Below, in pieces: positions 51,601-63,100 of a DNA stretch of 64,000 nt (positions within the stretch are counted from its first letter, which is position 1; every line of letters begins with the position of its first letter). A model generated the notes under the pieces. It saw nothing but the letters and a program-made list of their open reading frames with translations. It was not told where the DNA came from and ran no database searches. The stretch spans positions 4,404,001 to 4,468,000 of the forward strand of contig OZ249436.1 of the NCBI GenBank assembly GCA_965235115.1, read 5' to 3'. A program made the position numbers and the translations under genes. This DNA is from Laetmonice hystrix (lineage: Eukaryota).

Positions 51601-54600
51601 TTGGACTCCCAGTAACATCATGTGAGACTGTTATGGCCCAACGACCAGTATTTAGAAAGGAAAACATGCGGTATTTAGGTCAACGCTAGACTAGAGGGAG
51701 ATTCCCTTCCACACCCGGAAGTCACGTGATCACGCGTCATCATCGCCCGACCGCGGCCAACTCAAATATCCTGTGGGCCGCTCGCTAATTCTGAGCTACG
51801 TATTTGCGAGAGATTTGGCATATTTTCCTTACTAAATACTGGTCGCTGGGCCATAACAGTCTCACATGATGTTACTGGGAGTCCAAGGTATGCGAATCAT
51901 ATGTTTCTAACTTAATCTAAGACTGCCATAAATCGAAAAAATGAATTTTACGGCTCCCTTTAAGAAACGATGTTGCTGTAAGCAGTAGTCTAAGATCATA
52001 TTTACAAAGAGGCTGACTTGAAATAAAAAGAGGCTGACTTGAAATCCTTTTTTATAGTACTTGCTATTTAGAGCAGCCAGAATACTTTTTTTTTTTTTAA
52101 TTGACCATCTTTCAACAGGAGTAACCACTCGGCTATATCTGCTGTTACAAATGTTATGTGGACTTCTTATTATAGGTAGGCTAATTTGTGAGAGACAGGG
52201 AATTAAAGGGGGCTGCCATACTGCCCAGTTTCTAGGCTGTTGAATGCTACAATCTATCTATTGACATGATTTAGCCTGTTTGTATTGTTCAGTGTTCATC
52301 TGGCCCGTTTTATTCAGGTGAGTGTACTTACTGAGGCCTGGGCAGGCAGTGCGAGAGAGGTTGTAGAAAGGTTACGCCGGAGGACACTGGCCCCCAAACA
52401 GGTAGGCTACAGATACAAGCTGTTGGCCTTGGCCTCACAATGAAATCATCAACTTTAACATAGGCACATTATTCAAAAACACTGTGAATTCTTACATCTT
52501 GGGCTAGAATTATGTTTCTTTTTGAACATTTCACGAGGCCCTGATAAACTGGTCAGATTTAAATATATTCTACAATACAGGACATGTTTACCTTTACTTA
52601 TGTGAAAGAAACAATATTTACAACTCAGTATTAAATCTTAGAATCAAACATGCAAAGTGTATGTTTTGGGAAAGGAATCTAGGTCAACTAGAACTCGGTG
52701 TGAGAGTAAAGAGAAACTCTTGTGGCCACTGGCACGGATTTTGTGTTCTGACCTGCAGCTGGAGACAGTTAATTGGCGCCTGAACCTTCAGATGGCGCAA
52801 TCATCGCAAGCCAAGCTGAAGCAGCCGAACGCCATGTTGGAGCTCGGAATCCGAGATGAGGATGGAGAGGTATTTTTCTTTTGAAATGCGCGGGCATCAG
52901 GGGTAACCCTATTACTTTGACAATGTCCCTAAAGAGAAAAGTTGTATAGTCCTCTACAGGAATCGAACCCCGGCCCCAAGATTACTGCACCCATTCGCAT
53001 AGCATAAGGTGTCGACATCCATGCCAGCTAGGCTTTAACAGTGGCTCTGGGAGGGCTTCTTGTCTCAGCTTTACCCCCTCCTCCCCACATCACCACACCA
53101 AATTTTTTATATGAAAGGACAAGAAACGAAACTATTTTTTTTTTTGGCCTTACTGGGGTATGTACAAAAACCAGTAGAAATGAAGTAATTGTCAATGTTA
53201 CCAAAATTATGACAGGTGAAATTTTAACAAAAAATTTGAAGAAGTAATTTCATTGAAATGCAGGCTGGTGATCCATAGTTCTGTGTCTTCCTTCAATAAT
53301 GATTACACGTCATGATTAATTTTGACTTTGATTTAATTGCAGGGAAATCAGCAGGTCCGAATGGAATTCACTCATGACGAACTGTACCGATTTTATGAAC
53401 AGGTAATTTCAACACTCAGTTAAACAGGGGACCTCTCTTTCAACACTCAGTTAAACAGGGGACCTCTCTCTCAACACTCAGTTAAACAGGGGACCTCTCT
53501 CTCAACACTCAGTTAAACAGGGGACCTCTCTCTCAACACTCAGTTAAACAGGGGACCTCTCTCTCAACCCTCAGTTAAACGGGGACCTCTCTCTCAACAC
53601 TCAGTTAAACAGGGGACCTCTCTCTCAACACTCAGTTAAACGGGGACCTCTCTCTCAACACTCAGTTAAACAGGGGACCTCTCTCTCAACACTCAGTTAA
53701 ACAGGGGACCTCTCTCTCAACACTCTGTTAAACAGGGGACCTCTCTCTCAACACTCAGTTAAACAGGGGACCCCTCTCTCAACACTCAGTTAAACAGGGG
53801 ACCTCTCTCTCAACACTCAGTTAAACAGGGGACCTCTCTCTCAACACTCAGTTAAACAGGGGACCTCTCTCTCAACACTCAGTTAAACAGGGGACCTCTC
53901 TCTCAACACTCAGTTAAACAGGGGACCTCTCTCCCAACACTCAGTTAAACAGGGGACCTCTGTCTCAACACTCAGTTAAACAGGGGACCTCTCTCCCAAC
54001 ACTCAGTTAAACAGGGGACCTCTCTCTCAACACTCAGTTAAACAGCTAGGAGACCTCTCTCTCAACACTCAGTTAAACAGGGGACCTCTCTCTCAACACT
54101 CAGTTAAACAGGGGACCTCTCTCTCAACACTCAGTTAAACAGGGGACCTCTCTCTAAACACTCAGTTAAACAGGGGACCTCTTTCTCAACACTCAGTTGG
54201 ACAGGGGACCTCTCTCCCAACACTCAGTTAAACAGGGGACCCCTCTCTCAACACTCAGTTAAACAGGGGACCTCTCTCTCAACACCCAGTTTAACAGGGG
54301 ACCTCTCTCTCAACACTCAGTTAAACAGGGGACCTCTCTCTCAACACTCAGTTAAACAGGGGACCTCTCTCTCAACACTCAGTTAAACAGGGGACCTCTC
54401 TCTCAACACTCAGTTAAACAGCTAGGGGACCTCTCTCAACACTCAGTTAAACAGGGGACCTCTCTCTAAAACACTCAGTTAAACAGGGGACCTCTCTCTC
54501 AGGGTTTGTCAGCCAAGGTCACACGTACATGACCTCAGTAACAGTCACTTAAGTAAGATGATAGTACATTTATGATCTGGCTGTAGAAACTTTGTGAGAA

Positions 54601-55521
54601 TTCAGTTTAAAAATAAAGTTACATGTACATGTGGACGTGGTAGACGTATATTAGATGTTAACAGAAAAAAAGACATTCCAGACCTTTTCTTGAATTAGAG
54701 TAATGATCAACAGACAAGTTGAAGTGTATGAGGTTTCTAGTTTATATAAACGTGTTTACATGCCTCAAGACTGGAGAATCTCAGTTATAATCTGTTTGCT
54801 GTTTTCTGGCCAACATGATGATGTCCTGAGACCTGATAGCATACATTAAGTTAACATGTTATTGTCTTCACCACGACGGCTAGTCGACAGTGGTGACTGG
54901 TATGTGATAGGTGAATTCAGCAGTTTTACATCGGTTTCAGTGTGATAGGTGAATTCAGCGGTTTTACATCGGTTTCAGTGTGATAGGTGAATTCAGCAGT
55001 TTTACATCGGTTTCAGTGTGATAGGTGAATTCAGCAGTTTTACATCGGTTTCAGTGTGGTAGGTGAATTCAGCAGTTTTACATCGGTTTCAGTGTGATAG
55101 GTGAATTCAGCAGTTTTACATTGGTTTCAGTGTGATAGGTGAATTCAGCAGTTTTACATCGGTTTCAGTGTGATAGGTGAATTCAGCAGTTTTACATCGG
55201 TTTCAGTGTGATAGGTGAATTCAGCAGTTTTACATCGGTTTCAGTGTGATAGGTGAATTCAGCAGTTTTACATCGGTTTCAGTGTGATAGGTGAATTCAG
55301 CAGTTTTACATCGGTTTCAGTGTGATAGGTGAATTCAGCAGTTTTACATCGGTTTCAGTGTGATAGGTGAATTTAGCAGTTTTACATCGGTTTCAGTGTG
55401 ATAGGTGAATTCAGCAGTTTTACATCGGTTTCAATGTGATAGGTGAATTCAGCAGTTTTACATCGGTTTCTCTTTCTTACAGCTGGAAACGGTACAGAAA
55501 CAGTTGGATTCGTTGAGTTGA
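48660..55521 (+). CDS. COMMD10: COMM domain-containing protein 10 (Commander/CCC complex subunit), 198 aa
   Basis: Exons 48660-48688, 50423-50513, 51276-51458, 52318-52401, 52759-52869, 53343-53402, 55483-55521; all introns GT-AG and phase-consistent (597 nt). Protein [51 protein letters not shown]...[30 protein letters not shown]...[25 protein letters not shown] matches the COMMD10 sequence as I recall it (FPRLLxRIxQKLHLK; WxLNLQMA; LETxQxQLDSL). Confidence 0.95.
49005..49222. mobile_element. Intronic MITE-like element with 21-bp TIRs
   Basis: GCACAAGGCAGACATTCCTCA ... TGAGGAATGTCTGCCCTGCGC (19/21 match); internal GGTTAGGGTTAGTGTTAG. Confidence 0.65.
50661..51280. repeat. 87-bp tandem repeat x7 that includes the COMMD10 exon-3 splice acceptor
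   Basis: Each unit ends TTGTTCTGTAT(T/C)GTCAG|GATGA. Confidence 0.95.
51538..51959. mobile_element. Kolobok-type non-autonomous DNA transposon (TTAA TSD, AG...CT ends, ~130-bp TIRs)
   Basis: TTAA|AGGGAGCCGTAAAATTCATTTTTTCGATTTATGGCAGTCTTAG ... CTAAGACTGCCATAAATCGAAAAAATGAATTTTACGGCTCCCT|TTAA. Confidence 0.85.
52925..53030 (-). mobile_element. Possible tRNA-derived SINE head remnant
   Basis: Pol III B-box GGTTCGATTCC on the minus strand (GGAATCGAACC at ~52959). No full cloverleaf seen; boundaries approximate. Confidence 0.35.
53409..54500. repeat. 31-bp intronic minisatellite, ~35 copies
   Basis: Unit CAACACTCAGTTAAACAGGGGACCTCTCTCT; begins ~6 nt after the exon-6 donor. Confidence 0.97.
54903..55470. 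repeat. 38-bp intronic minisatellite, ~15 copies
   Basis: Unit TGTGATAGGTGAATTCAGCAGTTTTACATCGGTTTCAG; ends 12 nt before COMMD10 exon 7. Confidence 0.97.
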
Positions 55522-56081
55522 AGGTATCTTACGCCAGTTTGTTTTACTCGAATGGTAAATGTTTTTTGAACCAGGGCCGTGTGCAAGGATTTAAATGTAT
55601 TTGACTATGTATAAGCCTAAAGGGTACAATGTTATGATAAAGTGTCATATTATGTTGTAAATAATGACGTCAGCAAAATAATCCATGAACCATCGTACAT
55701 TCCTTGTTTGTCACAATGCTGTCACATGGCGAATAGGTCACCTATTCGTGCACCCAACGTGAACACTTAGTTCAAGAGAGTTGTCATTTACAATATGTCA
55801 AAAACAATATACATCAATATACGTATCTGTTTACATCGTTACTACACTCTTTGAAATGTAAAGGATTTGGGGTGATGGACCTAACGACTGATATTGAGTG
55901 GTTTGAAACATTTCAGATACAGACCTGTAATTAAGGGGAATCCTTCATAGGAAATAAAATCATGTTAAATGCCACTTGAAGCTTATTGCGCTTGGTTCAG
56001 TTATTTGTAGAAGTAATATACACCTATCAGTTCAGTCCGAAAGGCAATGCCAGGCCCGGTTACTGAGAATGAGCTTATTAA

Positions 56082-56239
56082 CCACTTGCCGGCGGGATTA
56101 ATGTTTAATTATCTGACCCCTGGTCGGGTTAATTCTGTAAATTACATGTATTTTAATGCAATTTTTTGCGTATATACGTCATCCGTTAGAATGGAAGGTT
56201 CAATGCATGCGTATATACACGTCATCCGCCGGGAAGTGG
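56082..56239. mobile_element. piggyBac-type MITE (TTAA TSD, CC...GG ends)
   Basis: TTAA|CCACTTGCCGGCGG ... CCGCCGGGAAGTGG|TTAA (13/14 TIR match). Confidence 0.75.
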
Positions 56240-56275
56240 TTAATACCATTACATGTAAGTTCTCAAGTTCCCCTG

Positions 56276-56428
56276 GGGTGCGTTTCAATAAAGCCCAAAG
56301 ATATCTTTGAAAGCTTCACTGGAGCCAGGTTCGAGGGTTTTATTCAAACACTCGCTCTCTCCCCATCCAGACTGCACTAGTCCAAAGATATCTTTGGCAA
56401 AGATATCTTTTGATATTAAAACGCACTC
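56276..56428. mobile_element. PIF/Harbinger-type MITE (3-bp CTG TSD)
   Basis: CTG|GGGTGCGTTTCAATA ... TATTAAAACGCACTC|CTG, with internal CAAAGATATCTTTG palindromes. Confidence 0.6.
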
Positions 56429-56444
56429 CTGGAGCCTCCACTGC

Positions 56445-57130
56445 GTAATCCCTACTTTCCGGACATGAGTCTGGCCAGGTAATGTTCGTATTCTATGGCC
56501 AGTAATCCCTACTTTCCGGACATAGGTCCGGCCAGGTAATGTTCGTATTCTATGACCAGTAATGCCTACTTTCCGGACATGGGTCCGGCCAGGTAATGTT
56601 CGTATTCTATGACCAGTAATCCCTACTTTCCGGACATGGGTCTGGCCAGGTAATGTTCGTATTCTATGACCAGTAATGCCTACTTTCCGGACATGGGTCC
56701 GGCCAGGTAATGTTCGTATTCTATGGCCAGTAATCCCTACTTTACGGACATGGGTCCGGCCAGGTAATGTTCGTATTCTATGGCCAGTAATCCCTACTTT
56801 ACGGACATGGGTCCGGCCAGGTAATGTTCGTATTCTATGGCCAGTAATCCCTACTTTACGGACATGGGTCCGGCCAGGTAATGTTCGTATTCTATGACCA
56901 GTAATCCCTACTTTCCGGACATGGGTCTGGCCAGGTAATGTTCGTATTCTATGGCCAGTAATCCCTACTTTCCGGACATGGGTCTGGCCAGGTAATGTTC
57001 GTATTCTATGACCAGTAATGCCTACTTTCCGGACATGGGTCCGGCCAGGTAATGTTCGTATTCTATGACCAGTAATCCCTACTTTCCGGACATGGGTCCG
57101 GCCAGGTAATGTTGATAGTCTATGGCCAGT
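56445..57130. repeat. 57-bp tandem repeat x12 overlapping the stop codon of the minus-strand gene
   Basis: Unit GTAATCCCTACTTTCCGGACATGGGTCCGGCCAGGTAATGTTCGTATTCTATG(G/A)CCA. Confidence 0.96.
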
Positions 57131-60100
57131 TTAAGTTTGCCCTTCCTCCGTAACGTCCGCAAGTAGTCGAAGGCAGCGCGTTCCTCTGCGTTGGTAATGT
57201 TGAGTTGTTGATAGAGAAACTTGAGTCCCTCCCGGCGAGCATTCTCCTGTGTCAGGGTCGCGTTGGCCTTGGCGAGGGAAGTTATCAGGGCAGCCTGACT
57301 CCCGGCATTCTTGAGAATCTGGTTACTTTCATTATCAATCTCTTTGACCTGAGGGAGGAGTACAATGTAGAAGGACAGGTCTCAGAATTGCCGCAATAAG
57401 TAGGCCTACACACATGCAACGTTTAGAACGCTTGCAATCAAATTTGAAGTGATGTGAGATAAATGAGAAATTCAAAGAAACATATAAAATCATAAAAAAA
57501 GAAGTAAGAAGGACGACATTTTTTACCTCTTTGTCTGTCAGTTTTCGAAGTGTGATTGCTTCCTGTAAAAGTTTGGCCTGGAAGTTACGTTCCTGGAGGA
57601 CGAGAGCCCGGAGGAAGCGTCCATCCAACTCTTTCGGGATGGCAATCCAGGCGAGCTGCACGTATCGGACGTCAGCGAACAACCCCCAGTCAGACTCCAC
57701 ACACTGACTGTACGGCTTACACAGGTCGGCGCATGGGGCTGGCAAACACAACCACAAACACACACACTGACTGTACGACTTACACAGGTTGACACATGGG
57801 GCTGGCAAACACAACCACAAACACACACTGACTGTACGGCTTACACAGGTTGACACATGGGGCTGGCAAACACAACCACAAACACACACACTGACTGTAC
57901 GACTTACACAGGTTGGCGCATGGGGCTGGCAAACACAACCACAAACACACACACTGACGGTACGACTTACACAGGTTGGCGCATGGGGCTGGCAAACACA
58001 ACCACAAACACACACTGACTGTACGGCTTACACAGGTTGGCGCATGGGGCTGGCAAACACAACCACAAACACACACACTGACTGTACGACTTACACAGGT
58101 TGGCGCATGGGGCTGGCAAACACAACCACAAACACACACACTGACTGTACGGCTTACACAGGTTGGCGCATGGGGCTGGCAAACACAACCACAAACACAC
58201 ACTGACTGTACGGCTTACACAGGTTGGCGCATGGGGCTGGCAAACACAACCACAAACACACACTGACTGTACGGCTTACACAGGTTGACACATGGGGCTG
58301 GCAAACACAACCACAAACACACACACTGACTGTACGACTTACACAGGTTGGCACATGGGGCTGGCAAACACAACCACAAACACACACACTGTACGGCTTA
58401 CACAGGTTGGCACATGGGGCTGGCAAACACAACCACAAACACACACACTGTACGGCTTACACAGGTTGACACATGGGGCTGGCAAACACAACCACAAACA
58501 CACACACTGACTGTACGACTTACACAGGTTGACACATGGGGCTGGCAAACACAACCACAAACACACACACTGTACGGCTTACACAGGTTGGCGCATGGGG
58601 CTGGCAAACACAACCACAAACACACACACTGTACGGCTTACACAGGTTGACACATGGGGCTGGCAAACACAACCACAAACACACACACTGTACGGCTTAC
58701 ACAGGTTGGCGCATGGGGCTGGCAAACACAACCACAAACACACACACTGACTGTACGACTTACACAGGTTGGCGCATGGGGCTGGCAAACACTACCACAA
58801 ACACACACTGACTGTACGGCTTACACACCCAGACACATGGGGCTGGCAAACACAACCACAAACACACACACTGTACGGCTTACACAGGTTGACACATGGG
58901 GCTGGCAAACACAACCACAAACACACACACTGTACGGCTTACACAGGTTGACACATGGGGCTGGCAAACACAACCACAAACACACACTGACTGTACGGCT
59001 TACACAGGTTGACACATGGGGCTGGCAAACACAACCACAAACACACACACTGACTGTACGGCTTACACAGGTTGACACATGGGGCTGGCAAACACAACCA
59101 CAAACACACACACTGACTGTACGACCTACACAGGTTGACACATGGGGCTGGCAAACACAACCACAAACACACACTGACTGTACGGCATACACAGGTCGGC
59201 GCATGGGGCTGGCAAACACAACCACAAACACACACTGACTGTACGGCTTACACAGGTTGGCGCATGGGGCTGGCAAACACAACCACAAACACACACTGAC
59301 TGTACGGCTTACACACCCAGACACATGGGGCTGGCAAACACAACCACAAACACACACACTGACTGTACGGCTTACAACTTATCTCAAAACTTTTTGAAAA
59401 GATTATGCATTCAAGAATCTATACTTTCCTCAGCCTTCATAATTACCTGTATGATTTTCAATTCGGATTCCGTAAAAAACATTCGACTGAGTTAGCCCTT
59501 ATTGCTCTTAATCATTTCATCACGTCTGCCTTTGATAAAAACCAAATAGTGTTGGGCATATTTCTAGATTTTAGCAAAGCATTCGATACGGTTAATTTCC
59601 AAATTCTTCTGGACAAATTACATTATTATGGTATTAGAGGGACACCTTTGAAATGGTTAGATAATTATTTAAGAAATCGTACTCAGTATATCTCATTCAA
59701 TAACGCCCTCTCTTGTGAAAGTTTTACTAAAATGGGAGTGCCCCAGGGATCTATTTTGGGCCCACTTTTGTTCTTAATATATATAAATGACTTCTTTAAA
59801 GTCTCTACGGAAATTACTCCTATAATGTATGCTGACGACAGTAGCCCGTTTCTCTGTGGTTCAAATCTTGATTCCCTTGTGAAAACAGCGAACATTGAAT
59901 TGGTTAATATATGCGAATGGTTGAAAGCCAATAAGTTATCTTTAAACATAAAAAAGACTAAATATATGATTTTCTCCAAGAGGTTGAAACACCAAGATCC
60001 TTCTTGTCAACTTGTGATCAGCAACTTACCAATTGAACGTGTTACTGAATTCAAATTCTTAGGTTACATGATTGATGAGCATCTGACCTGGAAATCCCAT

Positions 60101-63100
60101 ATAACCTACATATCAAACAAAATATCAAAGATGCTAGGAATCTTTATTAAACTTAGAAAAGTTCTTAACGTAGCTACTCTTAGGAATTTATACTTTTCTT
60201 TCATATATTCATACTTCAAAAACGGTATAGTGGTATGGGGATCGACGGCCGAAACCCATCTGTACATCCTCAAAAAGTGCCAAAAACGTGCCATTAGGGT
60301 TATCACATCATCGCATAAATGTGCACATACTGAACTTCTTTTTAAAGAGTTAAACATACAAACTCTAAGTGTTATGTACAAGTACCAAGTTGCTATTCTC
60401 ATGTACAAAGTTCACCAGTCCTTACTCCCCCAGGTTATATTAAATCTTTTTGAAAGGGTAGAATATGATAGAACTAGGCAAAAACATCATTTCAAATGAC
60501 CGAATACTAATACTTTATCCTTAGAGAGATCCATTATAATTCAGGGACCAAAACTTTATAATTCATTGTTACATGTAATAGATTTTGACGCATCTTTATC
60601 CTCTTTCAAGAAGCTTACCTCTAATTTTCTAGAATTATAACATTTATGTTGTCACTTCAATTGTTGTTAAATGTGAGATCTCTGAGTATCAAAAGCTCTG
60701 TTATTTTATACTCAGCTTCTGTTTTTCTGAAATAGTTTATTTCCTTTATTTTTAATGTGTGTATCATTTGGCCAGCCACATATTTTTCGAGACCCGATAG
60801 TTCTCTACTCAGACATATAAGTCATTTTCTGACTTCGTTCTGTTCTGCGGATCTGTTCCTGTAATTCTGTGTTTCTGTGGAAATAAACAAACAAACAAAC
60901 AAACAAACAAACAAACAAACACAGGTTGACACATGGGGCTGGCAAACACAACCACAAACACACACTGACTGTACGGCTTACACAGGTTGGCGCATGGGGC
61001 TGGCAAACACAACCACAAACACACACTGACTGTACGGCTTACACAGGTTGACACATGGGGCTGGCAAACACAACCACAAACACACACTGACTGTACGGCT
61101 TACACAGGTTGGCGCATGGGGCTGGCAAACACAACCACAAACACACACTGACTGTACGGCTTACACAGGTCGGCGCATGGGGCTGGCAAACACAACCACA
61201 AACACACACTGACTGTACGGCTTACACAGGTTGACACATGGGGCTGGCAAACACAACCACAAACACACACACTGACTGTACGGCTTACACAGGTTGACAC
61301 ATGGGGCTGGCAAACACAACCACAAACACACACTGACTGTACGGCTTACACACCCAGACACATGGGGCTGGCAAACACAACCACAAACACACACACTGAC
61401 TGTACGGCTTACACAGGTTGACACATGGGGCTGGCAAACACAACCACAAACACACACACTGACTGTACGACTTACACAGGTTGACACATGGGGCTGGCAA
61501 ACACAACCACAAACACACACTGACTGTACCGCTTACACAGGTTGACACATGGGGCTGGCAAACACAACCACAAACACACACTGACTGTACGACTTACACA
61601 GGTTGACGCATGGGGCTGGCAAACACAACCACAAACACACACTGACTGTACGGCTTACACAGGTTGGCGCATGGGGCTGGCAAACACAACCACGAACACA
61701 CACACTGACTGTACGACTTACACAGGTTGGCGCATGGGGCTGGCAAACACAACCACAATTTGCACAAACTCTTTTATATACAATAGGCTATGTATATAGG
61801 TTTTGGTGCTGTGAATTGAAATACTTGTATTTACCATAGTATTTACCGAGACATGATTGTGCTAAAAGTATATACATGAAACAAATGACAATGATTGAAA
61901 TGTTTTTTACTGTATGTTTCAGTTTATAAGATGGAAACATTTGGTGGTGAACTATCAAACGTTTTTTGGTTTACCAGAAGTGGGAGTGCCGCATCCCTTC
62001 TCACAGCATTTTCCACCCAACCGTTCACGAACGGCCTTGAACAGCGCCTTCTCAACCTTGGTCCGTTCTCGGATGTACTCGCGGGTTGAGAAAATTATTG
62101 CTGTGTTCTGAAATGAAGATATGATCTGTAGATCCTCTGTCTGTAGAACGAGAATTATCCTCTTAAAAAGACAATTAATAAGAATAAACCTGTTGGCGCA
62201 TATTTAACTAAAGGGAACTTGCATATACACTATAAACCTCCCTATGCTATTCGCAAACTCAGACTCCCGGGGGATAGTTTAACCCGATGCAACATTGCTG
62301 ATAGTCCACCTTCATAGCATCCAGCGCGCTCGCGTAGAGGATATTCCTGTAGGCCAGGTCAAAGTTGTTGTGCAGTTCACGGAGTTGATGGGGACGCAGA
62401 AAGTACCGAACGTAAACGGTTATTCCAATCTGACCAATGAATAGAAAATAACACTGATACAACTTCAAGACTGCAAAAAAAAATCACGACAATGCCTAAT
62501 ACCAGAGATATACTTAGAGATGAAGGACTTGCAGTATTTGGAACATAATTTTGACGTAGGCCAGCTATAATCTTGATCATTATTATAGTAGATTTATGTC
62601 TGTCACCTATTGCATAAGGATACCGCGTCCGCTATTTCTTACATGAAATGATAACCGTCTACACCACAAAGAGCTTGCCAGTATTGCTAATGCATGGTGT
62701 GCCGTTCTTTTATAAATAAGCTTGTCACACTTGTGGCTTGCCATTCGTAGAGCGTCAAACTTGTGGCTTGCCACTCGCAGAGCGTCAAACTTGTGGCTTG
62801 CCACTCGCAGAGTGTCAAGCTTGTGGCATGCCGCTCGTAGAGCGTCAAACTTGTGGCTTGCCACTCGTAGTGTCAAACATGTGGCTTGCCACTCGTAGAG
62901 CGTCAAACTTGTGGTTTGCCACGCGTAGAGTGTCAAACTTGTGGTTTGCCACGCGTAGAGTGTCAAACTTGTGGCTTGCCATTCGCAGAGTGTCAAACTT
63001 GTGGCTTGCCACTCGTTGAGCGCAAACTTGTGGCTTGCCACTCGTTGAGCGTCAAACTTGTGGCTTGCCACTCGTAGTGCCAAACTTGTGGTTTGCCACG

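Larger units (their letters stand above)
57697..61757. repeat. 59-63-bp minisatellite (~40 copies) spanning the acceptor of the SPFH-like exon 57738-57527, interrupted by a LINE
   Basis: Unit CACACTGACTGTACGGCTTACACAGGTTGGCGCATGGGGCTGGCAAACACAACCACAAACA; two blocks, 57697-59376 and 60918-61757. Confidence 0.96.
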
